64,000 nucleotides of DNA from Octopus sinensis. Its lineage: Eukaryota. The translations under genes and the position numbers were made by a program. Location of the stretch: positions 80,290,001-80,354,000 of the forward strand of contig NC_043006.1 of assembly GCF_006345805.1 (NCBI RefSeq), read 5' to 3'. This document shows positions 63,215-64,000 of this stretch, piece after piece (the first letter of the stretch is position 1; every line of letters starts with the position of its first letter). A model generated the notes under the pieces. The model was not told where the DNA came from. It searched no databases and was given only the letters and a program-made list of their open reading frames with translations.

Positions 63215-63447
63215 GGTTAAAATAGTGAGGAAGGTAAACAATCAGTGAAGGTAGGAGTATGGCATTTAAATTGATTTAATTCACTCTAGAAATAGTAAAA
63301 TAATACAAAACTACTTGAAATAGTAGAGATCTCTACTTTCTTTACCATTTTTGTATTATTTTGATATTTTTAGATTGAATGAAATGAATTTAAATGCCAT
63401 TGTTCTGCCTTGACAAACTGTTTGCCTTCCTCACTACTTTAGCCGAT
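63212..63447. repeat. 236-bp spacer-less imperfect palindrome (MITE-like)
   Basis: atcggttaaaatagtgaggaagg.aaaca ... tgtttgccttcctcactactttagccgat; centre agtagagatctctact. Confidence 0.8.
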
Positions 63448-63614
63448 ACCTACTGGCTCGGAGGTAAGCTATCAAATGCCAGTTTTGTTTTTCCCCGACT
63501 CTGCCAGAACTCCAGTGGCTATTCTAACTGGAGGTTAGGTGGAACGCATACCCATCATTAGTTTGGGTTGCCTTTAACTAAACTCCTCATATCTTCTGTA
63601 TATATATATATATA

Positions 63615-63681
<67 letters not shown>

Positions 63682-63807
63682 TATATATATATATATGTAT
63701 GTATATATATGCATATATATATTATGAAGACACTTGCCCAAGGTGCCACCCAAGGAGCCATGTGGTTCGTAAGCAAGCTACTTACCACACAGCCATTCCT
63801 ATATATT

Positions 63808-63884
<77 letters not shown>

Positions 63885-64000
63885 TATTATATATATAGAG
63901 AGAAAGAAACAGAGAAAGCGAACGAATATACCTTTGTGGGTAGGTGTAGGTTTTTGTGAGTGTGTATAGTATATATAAGCATATATACATATATATAAAT

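Noticed and set aside
999-63990. Numerous poly-I/Y/H/T/V/C ORFs in the track
   Set aside because: Translations of (AT)n, (AC)n, (ATT)n and (ATGT)n microsatellites.
1-64000. CRISPR array or prokaryotic operon
   Set aside because: No repeat-spacer structure or bacterial gene density; the sequence is animal repeat-rich DNA.

Overview
Gene-poor, repeat-saturated animal genomic DNA. The SINE families and microsatellite load look cephalopod/octopus-like (inference, no search run). No host protein-coding gene could be supported. The window is a mosaic of non-LTR retrotransposons (Tx1/L1-like, R4/Dong, RTE, CR1/L2 fragments), Penelope-like elements with minimal hammerhead ribozymes, tRNA-derived SINEs, Tc1/mariner, hAT and Helitron-type non-autonomous elements, and microsatellites. 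The standout structure is a 14.4-kb minus-strand head-to-tail array (27997-42404). It consists of one near-intact autonomous Tx1-like LINE (ORF1 + APE/RT ORF2) followed by five ~1.8-1.9-kb elements that encode only an ORF1/gag-like protein, in two diverged subfamilies (B x3, A x2). All six share a 5' terminal motif (CTCCAAG(C/T)TAT), a 5'-UTR CGCGCGAGG motif and a ~45-nt 3' tail, and the joints carry a short NNACATGG spacer (degenerate at one). The whole array sits inside the broken ORF1 of an older relative: the two flanks rejoin into a homologous reading. This resembles a self-targeting, HeT-A/TAHRE-like helper + gag-only system at an interstitial site. Coordinates of degenerate repeats are approximate.
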